Shown: piece after piece, positions 13,033 to 25,013 of the stretch
Layout: each line of letters starts with the position of its first letter
Numbering within the stretch: position 1 is the stretch's first letter
Source of the DNA: Paraphysomonas bandaiensis
Lineage: Eukaryota; Protista; Chrysophyceae
Reading direction: 5' to 3'
Length of the DNA: 64,000 nt
Assembly: GCA_965644295.1 (NCBI GenBank)
Contig: CBFFRP010000297.1
Location: 744,001-808,000, forward strand
Notes under the pieces: model-generated
The model's input: only the letters and a program-made list of their open reading frames with translations
Told to the model about the DNA's origin: nothing
The model's database searches: none
Translations under genes and position numbers: made by a program

Positions 13033-16000
13033 TTACAAAAACAAACTCTTTAGCTCTTCTAATGTCAACTTGCTTGAGGAGTGTAACGCACCCTCACCTA
13101 TAGCTTGCTCACTGATTTTCCTTTTAGACTCCTATAACATTTTTGTCAACAGTCACAAAAACATTAAAATGTTGTACACCTGAAGAGCGACGAGTTTTTC
13201 TTCGACAGTGCCACGACAAATCATTCTCAGCACCCGGACTGGACGAGCCTGGCCTAGTCGATGAACTCTGCATATTTCCACAAATAAAATTGATTTAACT
13301 TGGACAAAGCGAGCCTTGTAGAATAACAACCTGTCAATAGCTTGATCTTCAACGGCAGGATTCCACCTGCATATAAGAAATTAGACGCCGCCCACAGACA
13401 AGAAGGCTAGACACACCAGGGGTCCAATAATATTAACGTCGATGCAGCAGTCAGGTTGAGGCCGACCCCACCAGCTCTGTTAGTACAACCAGAACATGAA
13501 TTAGGCACAGCAATTACGATGCAGTATGATACGAGTACTTGAGCGATATTAGGAGCACCCTAACTGCCGGGTCCTCATTGAAAGCTTGAAGTGCCGATAG
13601 TCTCTGTTGTTGACTCATTGATCCATCGAAACGAACCTGTTGTATTCCCCTACTGTCCCCGCCAGGTGAGTAACCACTAGAGGTCTTGAGTCGCTTATTG
13701 TTCCTGTTTGTGTTCTCATTGCAGTTGTCTGTTTCAGCTGACCAGCCAAATCGCTCTTGTATAGAATGTCCCACAAGGTCAAGCATACTGGTCCACTGTG
13801 AAAATATAACCACCTGAAAGTACCAACCCCCATGATTCGTGAATGCGTAATGTCCTCATGTGCAACACGCACCTTGTTGCCATTGTCATAGTCCAACGAA
13901 TGATTCGTGGGAGGCCTCACGCCGTGTCTATCATCTACTCTCTCCGAGAACAGAACCTCCTCTAGTCTAACTGAAATGTTAACAAAGAATGACAACTTCA
14001 GTGCCTTTCTCACCTCTCCAGCAAGACATTTATTTTACTCGAAACTGCCCAGTCCATTCTAATCAACACAGAGCATTATTTTACATGCAACAGAATGAAG
14101 AAGACAGAATACCTGTTCAGAATGTCCTCAGCAGACTGTGTGCCTTTCGTTTGTACACTGCTTTTCTTGTCCACATTAGTCCTCAACTGCAAGTGATCTA
14201 TCGACAAGTTACTAAAACTGTACTGCTACTGATGTTTATACTACCTGATAGAGGTATCAGATCCCCAACTCGCATGGGTTTCATACACATTGGACATGAC
14301 GAATTTCTCTGCCAAGTCACCATAAGCTTACATATTGGTTAGTTGCGTAACGAACATACCTCAACCGCCAGTTGTCCACACTCCCAGCAGAGCATATGTC
14401 CGCATGGTGTTATGCAGCACTGCTGTGGCTACAAGCTATAAATAAAAGTGCCAGAGAGATAACTAAACCTACCTCCATCATTTCTAGACACACTGCACAC
14501 TCCTCGTCAAGCGAATCTTCACTGCTTTCCACAGCAGAGGTATCCCCTGTCTCTTGTCTCCAAGATCTCTCCAGTCTCTTCATCATGTCCTCTAGATACT
14601 GACTCTTCGAACTGTCTCCAGATTGCAGTAGTTTACTTGACACTCTGGACAGAGTGTCGCTATCATTTAGTGGATTGTTGGTCGCCGTGGCTAGAGTATT
14701 CTGTGCTAAAGACACTGGGTTCTTGGTAGACTTGGTGATACCTCTAAGTACAAGAACAGGGTGATCGCAAGCCTGTCTCAGTCGCATTAAGAGTGTAAAC
14801 AGTGCCGCATAGCCTCCCACGCCCTTCGACGACTTCATCACTCCTCCTCCACTGGCCTTCCGAATTATAGATGCCGACAGAACACTGGATCGTTTTGCAA
14901 AAGCATCATAAAAAGATCTTTCTGTGGGTTCAAGGTCCACGAATACTACCTCGACTTTACGGGGAGGAAGATCTACTATACTCCTTCCAGTTGATGGGTC
15001 TATTGTGCGCTTTGTGCGACGAAGCATCAGTGTACTGAGAATATTACGCAGCACGAGCATTCCTTTGTCGTCCTCGTTCGCTAGCGGCTGCGCAATAGTT
15101 TTGTGCCACCATCGCCATTTGTCCCATGGCTCATGTCGAAGGAACTTCATCAGCGAAAATAAGTCATCAACGCGATTCTGTATAGGAGTACCGGTAATGG
15201 CCCATCGCCTCTGGGCATCCACACTACAGCATGCTTTGGCAACATCGGTTTGTTGATTCCGTATACTATGTGCTTCATCCAAGATTACTCTCTTCCACTG
15301 CCGCCCCAGAAGAATGGACGATGAATGAGGCAGTGAAGAATGCGTAGATGAAGCTGAGCCTTTTCGCCACTCTGATGTCAGTACACCATACGAAGTAATG
15401 ACTACGTCGAAAGAGGAGAGATTCCCCGCATTTGCCCGCTCGGTTCCGTAGTGCATGACACAACGTATTCGTCCAGGAGAAATACGGGTCTTAAATTCCT
15501 CCATCCATTGCCCCATTAAGCTAAGAGGACACACCACTAGTGTCCCACTGACATCAGTGCAGGTGCGACTTTTCTTTTTGTATGCACCATCTATTGATCC
15601 TTCCGGTGCTGTATAGCTATCGATGAGAATATGTTGTACAGAATCATCAGTTGGCATATTTCCCACCTGTGCAACACTCAGATGCTACCAACGCCACAGC
15701 CATGACTGTTTTGCCTAAACCTATGCACATCGCTTGAGAAGTTGCATGAAAGCGAGATAGAAACGTACCCATTTCATCTGCCAAAATGCCCCCCCGACAG
15801 GGCATGGGCAACGTGGGGGGATGAGCTTGCAGCGATTGTGTGTATCGGTTCCACCTGAAGAGCATCCAATTACACAGTAGAATGTATATATAGGGTACCC
15901 ACCATATACAGTGAAGAGGCCCAGGGGAGGATTCGTCAGATCGGCTCAATAAGGCATTTACACAGGATCGAACGCTTTTACCTGAAGCCTCGATAATTCC

Positions 16001-17598
16001 AGCGATATCTTCGTGCGAGTAATACATTGCTCTCGACGGTGGAATCGGCTGGCCAGATTTATCTTTCGCTGGTGTGGGTACTTGCAATGCGACTAGTGGG
16101 GTCCAAAGCTCGTGCATAGTCACACTTTGGTGGTTTCTAAACGCTGGAACATGGAGTACTCCTTCGATAGGAAGACTCACCTCTGTTACGTGCTCACAGC
16201 GGTCTGAACTATGGGAGAGAGTGGAAGGAGATGCCGGGGCCTCGCGATCTATCATCCACCGAAGCGCGGCCAACTGGTATCTACGTGAAGCTTTACATCA
16301 CATCACATTGTAGCTTCTTTCACACCTTTTCATTTGAATGCCAGTCATACATGACGGCTGGGATATCATAGGTTCCCCTAACTTAGAGAGATGCCCACCG
16401 TTACTACCACCCAGTTCTTGCATGACTCCTTTAAGAGCAGGGTCCTGTACTACCTCTTCTCCAACCACATCAACTCCCTCATCTGCCACATCGGGGTCAG
16501 TGATGCTAGTATCAGAGTCGACCTTCTGCAACTCCCTGTCGCAGTCCCTTGACGCGATAAGTGCACTCTCACCCTAACCACAAGTGCAATTAACAAGCAG
16601 ATTGTATTTAAAACGGAAAGATTAAAATACACTCCACTACCTCTGTAAGCCATATCAACATGTCACTGGCGGCCTGTACGCATTGGGAACTCGTCTTGGT
16701 GTCATTTACTTTGCCTTCGACTTGAAGGGACGAGAAAAAACGTGGACGTACCACGATTTGCAAAGAGACCGGAAGATCTTGGAAGACACCTACCTGACCT
16801 AGAGGCACCGTGAGACAAGTAATTTTGTAAAGCTGCTGTCAAACCAATATCGTACGCCACATGGCCTTGCACCACAACAAGATCTTCACGAATTAGGGGA
16901 ACAAGGAAACTGTCACAATTCGACTTGAAAAAGAAGCACATACAATATAACCACCTACCTACATATGAGGTTCGAGAGCCTCCCTTTGATAGTATTACCA
17001 CCCTTGAAAAATTCAGTATGAGGCCTCTAAATAAGCTGAGTGTAGATATCTTACCCCAGACCCAGACGAACACTCAAATAGAAGACTTGCTGCACTGAAC
17101 TTGGTTTTCTTCTTGGTCTTCACTTGAAAGAAATTCGAAGCAGTTTGCGGTTTACCAGCGTTCAGCAAGGAGCCTTCAAACTTAAAGCTCAACGGACTTT
17201 GCCGTAAAGCCACTCCCGAATTGAGTGTATATCCAAGTGTAACTCGTCGACCTATCAACCACGATGTTTCAGACATAGTAGCTGGAGGGTTACTAGAGGT
17301 CGAACAACTACTATTAGCTGATGTAGTCAAATCTACATGAGATGACGTTGTTTTTCTATTAGAACCATTCGAATTAACAGTATTAACAGTATCTCTTATA
17401 GGAGACTGAGTCAATGAGCTTTCAAAGAAGTTATTAATCGCTCTCTCGACATTATAATCTGCTTTTACCAATAGATCCTATATGTTTATAGAGTGATTCT
17501 CTATGAACTATAGAGTTTATATATATAACCTTTAATTTATCATCTGAAGCATTTATACCGAGATCTTTCATGAGCTTGATTTGCTCAATAAGCGGCAT
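13033..17598 (-). CDS. RAD5: RAD5/HLTF-like SNF2 helicase - RING E3 ligase (UBA-like N-terminus, HIRAN-like region, many short introns)
   Basis: [26 protein letters not shown]|LGKT (Walker A split by an intron), [47 protein letters not shown]...[35 protein letters not shown]. Confidence 0.9.
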
Positions 17599-17774
17599 AT
17601 TACCCACTTGATCTTCTTCTTTCTTCGATATCAGGTTGGAGGTATTGAATCAAGCTGTATAAACTATAGTGAACATACAGTGTAAGCACGACCCTCTTAT
17701 GTATATATATACCAGTATATACCTCTACATATATATGTATAGTAGCATAGAGTTTCTTTAAAACGAAGTCAAAC

Positions 17775-17903
17775 GTATCGACGGACAGCATCTTATTTTT
17801 CGGAAATAAATTGAAGCAAATATACTCTATATTACTGCAATACAACTACGGTTAGAATACAGATAATTGTTGTCTCAATATTAGAGGCATCTTTGAACAA
17901 AAA
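17775..17903 (+). mobile_element. ~150-bp MITE-like family A, copy 1 (3' truncated)
   Basis: Shares CAGCATCTTATTTT...CTACGGyTAGAATACAGATAATTGTTGTCTCAATATTAGAGGCATCTT with the copies at 25904, 34760 and 38978. Confidence 0.8.
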
Positions 17904-18348
17904 CGCAAGTCTAAAAAGTAAAAAAGTTTTTAAAGTGAGAAAAATGTTTAAACATTTAAAAAAACAACTAGAGTGATGGGAGTTTATATATACCACACAT
18001 TCATATAGTATACAGAAATCCAGGATTTTTTGTTGTTTTCAGCATAAACTCGAGAAATGGTGATTATTCCATGTACTACTGTATATAGTCACACACACTG
18101 CTGTACATCCCTCACCACAGGTGTGTGTAGAATACGTATGGATATACAGTGCATGAGTGTTCACATAGACACCATACCATACATACATACACACACACAC
18201 ATACACACTCCTGTATATGGAGTCCATGTAGAAACAAGGTCTCCCTTAAACAACATAACAACACACACATTATACGTTAGAGCAAACAACGTACTTAAAT
18301 GAATACTTGATTTCGTATCTCTTATTTACAAAGCTAAGTGATATAGAA

Positions 18349-18540
18349 ATGGGATTTGATTCAATGAAACAGCAGCAGAAGATATCTCATTGGAAGAGTC
18401 CACAATCACCTGCTAGATTTCGCGCTTGGGTTGGGGCCTCACTTGTATTTGGCTGTATAGTGTTTTATGATGATATTAAGTTAAACTTGAAGCGCATTCA
18501 AGACCATATTTCGAATCCTGATCCTCCTACTGCTAACTAG
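18349..18540 (+). CDS. 63-aa single-pass membrane microprotein, function unknown
   Basis: ATG ORF divergent from RAD5, with a basic N-region and one hydrophobic segment (AWVGASLVFGCIVFY). No homolog recognised. Confidence 0.45.
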   Translation: MGFDSMKQQQKISHWKSPQSPARFRAWVGASLVFGCIVFYDDIKLNLKRIQDHISNPDPPTAN

Positions 18541-20090
18541 TTCTACATGGGTCAAAGTCGCTCAATATGTATCACATTGTTGACGTTCACGCGTGCCCAA
18601 TAGCAGTATCAGTGTCCGTCAAAACTATTCATTTGTAAATTTAAGTAATATCATATTTTTGAATAATGTAAATGCACACTTTTTCGCTTGCAACTATCCA
18701 CCATTGACGAGTACACAGCACAGTGATTGCCAAACATATAATTGTATTAATATATCGTAGTATGGTTGAGTTATGTACATTTATTGACCTATAGTGTATA
18801 TATTGCTTGCCTCACGGAACATGAAGGTATGAATATAGTTATTATAGCGGGAATTAAATCACAAACAATGGAGAAAGAAACGCAACCGCGGCTATATGAA
18901 GCCACAGTAACGGACCCACACACAAGAATGGAGATCAAACCAACTAACTTACTAAAATATAACATTAATGAAAAGTAATCCCTAAAAGCTCTAATACCAT
19001 TTCCGATGTCAATATTTGAGTTTGCCCCAATTTATCCATTATTTCTCTGTCGAAGGTGCAGCATGATTTAGTTTTATTTATCATAGTCTTACATATTTAC
19101 ATGCTGTGCACACGTTGTGTAAAACACTGGTATATATTTTTGAAATTTAACAAAGCTATTGAAATTTTATGTACTTTAAGCTTTGAGCAACCTAGCCACA
19201 GCGCTGAAATAACATCAAGATAAAGGTTATCAATATAACGAACATATGCCCCTACAACAAACAATGTAAAAATTGCATTTCATATTTCCACATTTTAATC
19301 ATTTGTAATCTTATCCGTTTTAATTCTGTCGTGATATCAAGCATGGGATTTGGATGAACGATCCATCGTTCAGGTGGGATTCTGCAGGACAATGAAGTTG
19401 TATATCAGTTTACTGCGTCTGCTATAGCAAGCAAACCCCAATTAACTGTCTGGCATATAAACAGTTTTGGCAGTGATATACTGTCGCATCTAATACTGCG
19501 ATACGAAAACGTATGCTTGGGAAAATAGAGTGCCTAACTGCAGTTCCAGTGTAGATCGAGAAACCAGAAGTAGCCACACGCCTATGAGTTATGGTTGACG
19601 ACACAACCACTCACAGGCACAGTGCATCTCCTATCCAAGGGATCTATGCATATTCTCGGCTAGTCAACGCCATGCTCCTCCGTGCGCTCTGCTCATTGTC
19701 GTCCACCTGTGACATCAACTAATGAAATTCTCACATATCATGACAGAAAGTGTGGCACAGCATCGCTGCTAACTTATCAAGTAACAAAAGGGCAATATAT
19801 CTCTATCTGATTGCAAGATGTTCATTAGATTGCAAGCAATGGCCATAACCATATCTGCATATGCATCATAACCAGCAGTGCTGTTCGACCACCCCCAGAT
19901 CGTATAGTGCTGTATATTTCTTGTTCATCGTTTATTTCACTGAAAAATCATCGTTTTTTCAGTGAAAAGTGGAAAAAGTGACTGTATAAACAGCACGTAT
20001 ATACTCTGTATATGGTGGGGGTGTATATGGCAGGCTGATGAATACGTACAGTACATACCGTAGGCACTTTACTACAGACGTATCCATGAA

Positions 20091-20281
20091 TACTGTACGT
20101 TTCTGTCAACTTTTATCCACGCACTCGTTTTTCCACAAAAACACTCTCTCCACACCCATTCCGACGACTCTCCAATTCTGACACGAGCATTCCACAAGCA
20201 TTCCATTCTACCCCTGGTGGACTCAAATTATACCCACAACTCCATTACACTGTACAATATGTAACAATATGGCTGCAGCTC
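20091..20281 (+). repeat. Left TIR (contains the start codon of the cargo ORF)
   Basis: Base-by-base identity with the right TIR. Contains several TCCAC sub-repeats. Confidence 0.97.
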
Positions 20282-21810
20282 ATCACCACGATGGTGGCGA
20301 TATATTCGTGTTTGCTCCTTCCGAGAATTTGGTGGCCGCTCACCTCCCATCACTCCGCGATGTTGTTCCAGAACACACCGTACTTCACGGTGGGCAGGAA
20401 AGGTTCAAATCGAACACAAGAAATCCACCACAAGATGGTGTGAGGTGTCCTGGGTGTCTTCATCATTATACCATCTGGAAGGGGTTCCTGAAACACGTGC
20501 GCGCAAAGAAAGATGTTCGACGGCTACCAATAACAAATGACGAAGAAAGGGACGACGTGTTCTACTGCAAAGCCGCAGAGATGAAAAAAGCAAGTAAAGA
20601 TGATCGCTTGGAGTGCACTCGTTGTCCTGTGTGCATGTCGAGTGCGGAGTTGCAAGCAGCATTAAGGCACGACTGCCCCATCAGCAACGCCACCACATTC
20701 ATACCTCCAATGGGCAGGTGCAAGGGTTGTGATTTAATTGTTAAAGTGAAGTGTAGCTGTCCCGTATGCAATGTGGCGCCCCATAGTGTTGAGTTTAGGA
20801 TTCAGCCTGATCCGTGGTCGGATTGTCCCTACCCTAAGTATCCACAGCATGCTGAAGTCATCTCGGAGTACGATAAGAAGCGGCGACAGATTTACATGAA
20901 TGCACTGGCCGAGCAGACTCGAATGAACAGCACTAGAGCGTCTTTTGAGGTCAATAACTTTGCTCTAATTCATTTGAATAAACTCCTGCAAGAGCCGGAT
21001 GGATACATTGTGCTGTCAGAGTTGGAGCGCCAAGCACCTGGATTTCTTGAGCGTTGCGGGGCATCAGATGCAGTTATGTCCAGAGTTCGGGAAGAACACC
21101 AGAAAGACCAGACGGACCAACGATCTTTTTTACTTCATCCCCATGCCACCTACCGATTAGTTGAAACCATGAAGAATCTTGAGGCGGCCATTGATATGGA
21201 TGTTCCGATTAAGTCTTTGATTGCAACCATTTCCCGACATAATGCTGTGCGCCTATTAACAGAGGAGCAACGAAAGGCACTGGACGATGCATCTGCGCGC
21301 GCGGTTGCTTCGGCTCCACCGGAATATGTGGAGGGAGTTACAGACATTCCTAATGCAGACGATGGGTTGGCTGCCAAAAGACGCCGCATGGAGGAGAACG
21401 GTTGTGCTCCAACCAGTGCCCCTGAGCTGAGTGCAGTTGAACTCCAGGCCCGTGAGGAGACTGTGACTTTCCTGACATTCTTCAGACAACAGTTGTACGC
21501 TCACTTTGTTGCTTTAAATATAGGAAGAGAGGCCCAGGTGTTATATGAGGACTGCAAAGAAACAATCGCACGGCTCCTCACCATCAGTGTCTCAGAAAAC
21601 AAGCGGCTTGCGGACAGAATTTTTTCCCTGCTACATCCAGTGTCGGCTCCACTGTCGCCAAATAACGCGTACAGTCACGATACAGAGATGGACTTGAAAG
21701 GTTGTGTGGCTGCTGTCAATGCGGTGGTGGTTGTGTTGAGGCCTGATTTAGTTCATGATTTGAATGAGCTGAAGCTGGAGCCCACTTCAGATGGCACTTT
21801 CCCGGAGTAG
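20269..21810 (+). CDS. 513-aa transposon-borne Cys/His-rich protein of unknown function
   Basis: Intact intronless ORF with CPGC-x12-H, CTRCPVC and CKGC...CSCPVC clusters, an NLS-like AKRRR, and a helical-looking C-terminal half. Confidence 0.85.
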   Translation: MAAAHHHDGGDIFVFAPSENLVAAHLPSLRDVVPEHTVLHGGQERFKSNTRNPPQDGVRCPGCLHHYTIWKGFLKHVRAKKDVRRLPITNDEERDDVFYCKAAEMKKASKDDRLECTRCPVCMSSAELQAALRHDCPISNATTFIPPMGRCKGCDLIVKVKCSCPVCNVAPHSVEFRIQPDPWSDCPYPKYPQHAEVISEYDKKRRQIYMNALAEQTRMNSTRASFEVNNFALIHLNKLLQEPDGYIVLSELERQAPGFLERCGASDAVMSRVREEHQKDQTDQRSFLLHPHATYRLVETMKNLEAAIDMDVPIKSLIATISRHNAVRLLTEEQRKALDDASARAVASAPPEYVEGVTDIPNADDGLAAKRRRMEENGCAPTSAPELSAVELQAREETVTFLTFFRQQLYAHFVALNIGREAQVLYEDCKETIARLLTISVSENKRLADRIFSLLHPVSAPLSPNNAYSHDTEMDLKGCVAAVNAVVVVLRPDLVHDLNELKLEPTSDGTFPE

Positions 21811-22343
21811 ACCCTTAGCATTGTGTCTTTTCTTTTTATAAATTAGTTTGTTTTCATATTATAGCCTGCTGATTCCAGATATAGCCTTTTATTATTATTG
21901 CTTTTCGCTGTTATTATTATTCAATCGTTGTCAAGAAGTTTTATATAAATTTTATTATTGTTAATTAATGTATTAAGTATTAATCATATTATGTCATCAC
22001 TAGAACTGTGTAATAATCACACATTCACCCAAATTTTTAATGGGCTCATTTTGAGCCCAAATTACACAAGCTTACTCTCATCACTATTGCCGTGAGCACT
22101 ACGCTTTCAATTTCGTATGAAACTAGTAACATATCATATAATTACAATGTGAAAAGTGAAAAGCATTCCACCGACATATAGCTAATAATATTTTAAACAG
22201 ATTAATATCATTTGCAAGGTATTGCAATATACTGTTCCAAATTACTTAAGAATAATAATTTAGAATAGTTAAGAATAAATAACCAGATTAATAAATACTA
22301 AGTGCAGCGCAGTCACAACGTGCACTACAACCACATAGCACCC

Positions 22344-23300
22344 CTATGATTGTTCACCGCGGTAAGGTGTGTACGGATACGTCGGGACATAAAAGTGTGC
22401 AGCAGCCATATACTGTTTGACGTCAAACCTACTAATTGTATCCAAAGCCGTCCTTAACCAAAACTTTAATGAATTGGGCGTGACTTGTGGACTATGCTCT
22501 TGAAGAAACTTGTCCACATAACTGAATACCCATTCCACTGGTGCAAAGGTAGGGGACGAAGCAGGACGAAACACAACATAATGTCCAGCATCCGTTAGAG
22601 CTTTGACCACAACTCCAAAATGAGCACTCAAGCGATCCATTGTAATGACACGTCTCCCAGTACCCTCAAGACTGGGAATTAACAGGTACACAACAAAGTG
22701 GTAGAATACCTCCGAAGTTGTGCCATGTGGATAAAATATGTTGTTGATCACACCTTTGCGAGCGTCGATAGCAACTAGCAATGAGTAGTGGGGCAGCATG
22801 CGGGCTTTGTTTCCAATAGAACTGCTTGAGGTGCTCCCAAGAGAGTGACCACAGACACGCCGTGAATTGGAAACGTAAAAGCCGCTTTCGTCTAGGTCCA
22901 CAATGTCCCGATAATAAACCCCAAGCACACCCGGTCGCAGTGAATGATCAGGCGGATTGACCCAAAATGCCACTCTATCATTCTCGTCAAGATACTTGGC
23001 GATGTACTTCATATGCTTTTTCTTGAAACCAAGTCGGAGGAGTGCTCTGCACACTGTGGATCGGCTCACAGTCACGTTGCAAACAATTCTCAGAAACTCT
23101 GCGCATTCAAGCAGAGTGGTATCCTTAAAACAACATTTGTACCAAAACAATACTGTATATTGATGCCTAGACAAACCATGTTGTGATATTCCTTCCTCTG
23201 CCTCAACAGGCTCATGCTCAACAAGTCTGTGATCAATTCGAAACACCGGATGATCATAAATGAAGTCTTCAGAAAGATCCAATACAGGAGCTGCAGCCAT
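22344..23300 (-). CDS. IS630/Tc1-like DDE transposase (318 aa, DD33E)
   Basis: HTH region (TLLECAEFL...VSRSTVCRALLRLGFKKK) and catalytic LDESGF, ITMDRLSAH, RPASSPTFAPVE. Confidence 0.92.
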   Translation of the reverse strand: MAAAPVLDLSEDFIYDHPVFRIDHRLVEHEPVEAEEGISQHGLSRHQYTVLFWYKCCFKDTTLLECAEFLRIVCNVTVSRSTVCRALLRLGFKKKHMKYIAKYLDENDRVAFWVNPPDHSLRPGVLGVYYRDIVDLDESGFYVSNSRRVCGHSLGSTSSSSIGNKARMLPHYSLLVAIDARKGVINNIFYPHGTTSEVFYHFVVYLLIPSLEGTGRRVITMDRLSAHFGVVVKALTDAGHYVVFRPASSPTFAPVEWVFSYVDKFLQEHSPQVTPNSLKFWLRTALDTISRFDVKQYMAAAHFYVPTYPYTPYRGEQS

Positions 23301-23478
23301 ATTGTTACATATTGTACAGTGTAATGGAGTTGTGGGTATAATTTGAGTCCACCAGGGGTAGAATGGAATGCTTGTGGAATGCTCGTGTCAGAATTGGAGA
23401 GTCGTCGGAATGGGTGTGGAGAGAGTGTTTTTGTGGAAAAACGAGTGCGTGGATAAAAGTTGACAGAAACGTACAGTA
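23288..23478 (-). repeat. Right TIR (contains the start codon of the transposase)
   Basis: Reverse complement of 20091-20281. Confidence 0.97.
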
Positions 23479-23769
23479 CGCTCCCACCTACACTCTGTAC
23501 CTACCTACTGTACCTACCTACACATATACATATACAATATACAGCAGTACACACACACCTCCTGGTACGTACAGCAGACATCTTCATGTGCGGAATCGTC
23601 CGGATTCTTTCCAATACTCGAGAATGTCGCTTGTATATAAAATGTGCCGCATACCACAAAGCATTGCACACGACTATCATCATTAACATTATCATCAATT
23701 TCTATATATCTAACCCACTGAAAACTGCTGTTTACACTTACAATCTTACAACCTAACAATCTAACAATC

Positions 23770-24556
23770 ATGAAACTTGAAATAAGCGGATTCAAAATCC
23801 AGAATTTCTATAACGGTAATGAGTTTGAATGCGGTAAATATCAATACTACAAAGACATGGGTGGAAAGAAAACAGGGGTGCAATTTGCTGTTTTACTCAA
23901 AGATGACAATGGAAGGGCAGTTTTTGTTGAGGACTATGGTGCACCGGTAAAGTTCAAGTAAATATATCGAATTCATTCCTGACATGAGCTCTGTTCAGAT
24001 AGAGTTAAATGTTACTTGCTTATACGAAGATGGCAGCAAGCCCAGCAGTGATGAAGTTATTGAAATTGATGATAGAGTTTCTGTACGCTATATTAGTAGT
24101 ACCGCAGCTGTTTTTAGAATTCGTTTCAACGAAATTACTAAAAATCACAATAATCGTAAATTCATATTGCGAGTTCAGTGTCCCGGCCGAAAAGATATTC
24201 TATCGGCCGAAACCATGGGTATAGAAGTACTCACCAAACCGGACAAACGGAAAACGCATCCAGAATCACCCGAACAACACGGCAAAAAGCAGAAAGGAAA
24301 AATTGCGGCATCGCCGAAGAAACGGCGACAAGGGAGTGATACGGCAGAGGACAGGCTTGACAGTAGAGAAAGCTGCCTTCTTCTATGTGGCTTAGAATCA
24401 TACCGAAACAATATGTTAATGGAAGTTCGTCACAGTCTTCTGCAACGGAAAGGTCATAATGTTGAAGAGAGAGAGATTTATACGCAAGAAATGAATGAAA
24501 AGCTAAATCGCATCACAGAAGTGTTAATGCTTGAAAACAAATTAGCTAGTTCATAG
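23770..24556 (+). CDS. Putative CudA/p53-like beta-sandwich DNA-binding protein (intron 23947-23998)
   Basis: A phase-0 GT-AG intron joins two ORFs. Motifs YYKDMGG, LYEDG, FRIRFNEITKNHNNRKFILRV and IEVLTKP are followed by a basic NLS-like tail. Resembles, from memory, stramenopile WYKDEGG...VSKNH proteins. Confidence 0.65.
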
Positions 24557-24843
24557 CAAGTTAAGTAAACAATATAATGAAGCGCAGCAAGTATGTGAAA
24601 TAAATACGCGTATGCTGTGCAGTGCAAAATTTTAATGTCTTGAAGATAATTATTCGATAGTACGTAATGATAATAAATGATGTTATAACAGATGCATGGA
24701 TGGAATTGTGTATAGCTAAGTATCGTGATGTATAGTGCATAGGGAGTATACGTGCACACACGACCTTGCAAAAACTCGGAGTATTTTAAGTATTATTTCG
24801 CACATATGTCCAATGTTCAAACACTAACTCAATGCAATGTGTA

Positions 24844-25013
24844 CATAGATAGAAGTGCGCGGTCGCAACACTCAGCAGCACCCACTAGGGGGCCGCACGC
24901 AGTGATTAGTTACGCTGTCAATATGGGGCATAGATAGAACTGCGCGGTCGCAACACTCAGCAGCACCCACTAGGGGGCCGCACGCAGTGATTAGTTACGC
25001 TGTCAATATGGGG
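24844..25013 (+). repeat. Head-to-tail dimer of an 85-bp GC-rich mini-element (CATAGATAG...TATGGGG)
   Basis: Two units (24844-24928, 24929-25013) differing at one base. A third, inverted copy lies at 36573-36657. Confidence 0.92.

Larger units (their letters stand above)
20091..23478. mobile_element. IS630/Tc1/mariner-superfamily DNA transposon with 191-bp TIRs and two convergent ORFs
   Basis: 20091-20281 is the exact reverse complement of 23288-23478. TA occurs at both outer ends. The element encloses a DDE transposase and a second ORF. Confidence 0.92.

Noticed and set aside
20269-21810. Fanzor/TnpB identity for the transposon cargo ORF
   Set aside because: No RuvC-I (D-P-G), RuvC-II E or C-terminal zinc finger plus RuvC-III D arrangement is visible, and the Cys clusters are N-terminal. 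A structure search would be needed to exclude it fully.
24880-24895. CCACTAGGGGGC resembles the CTCF motif
   Set aside because: CTCF is animal-specific, and nothing else in the window suggests an animal genome.
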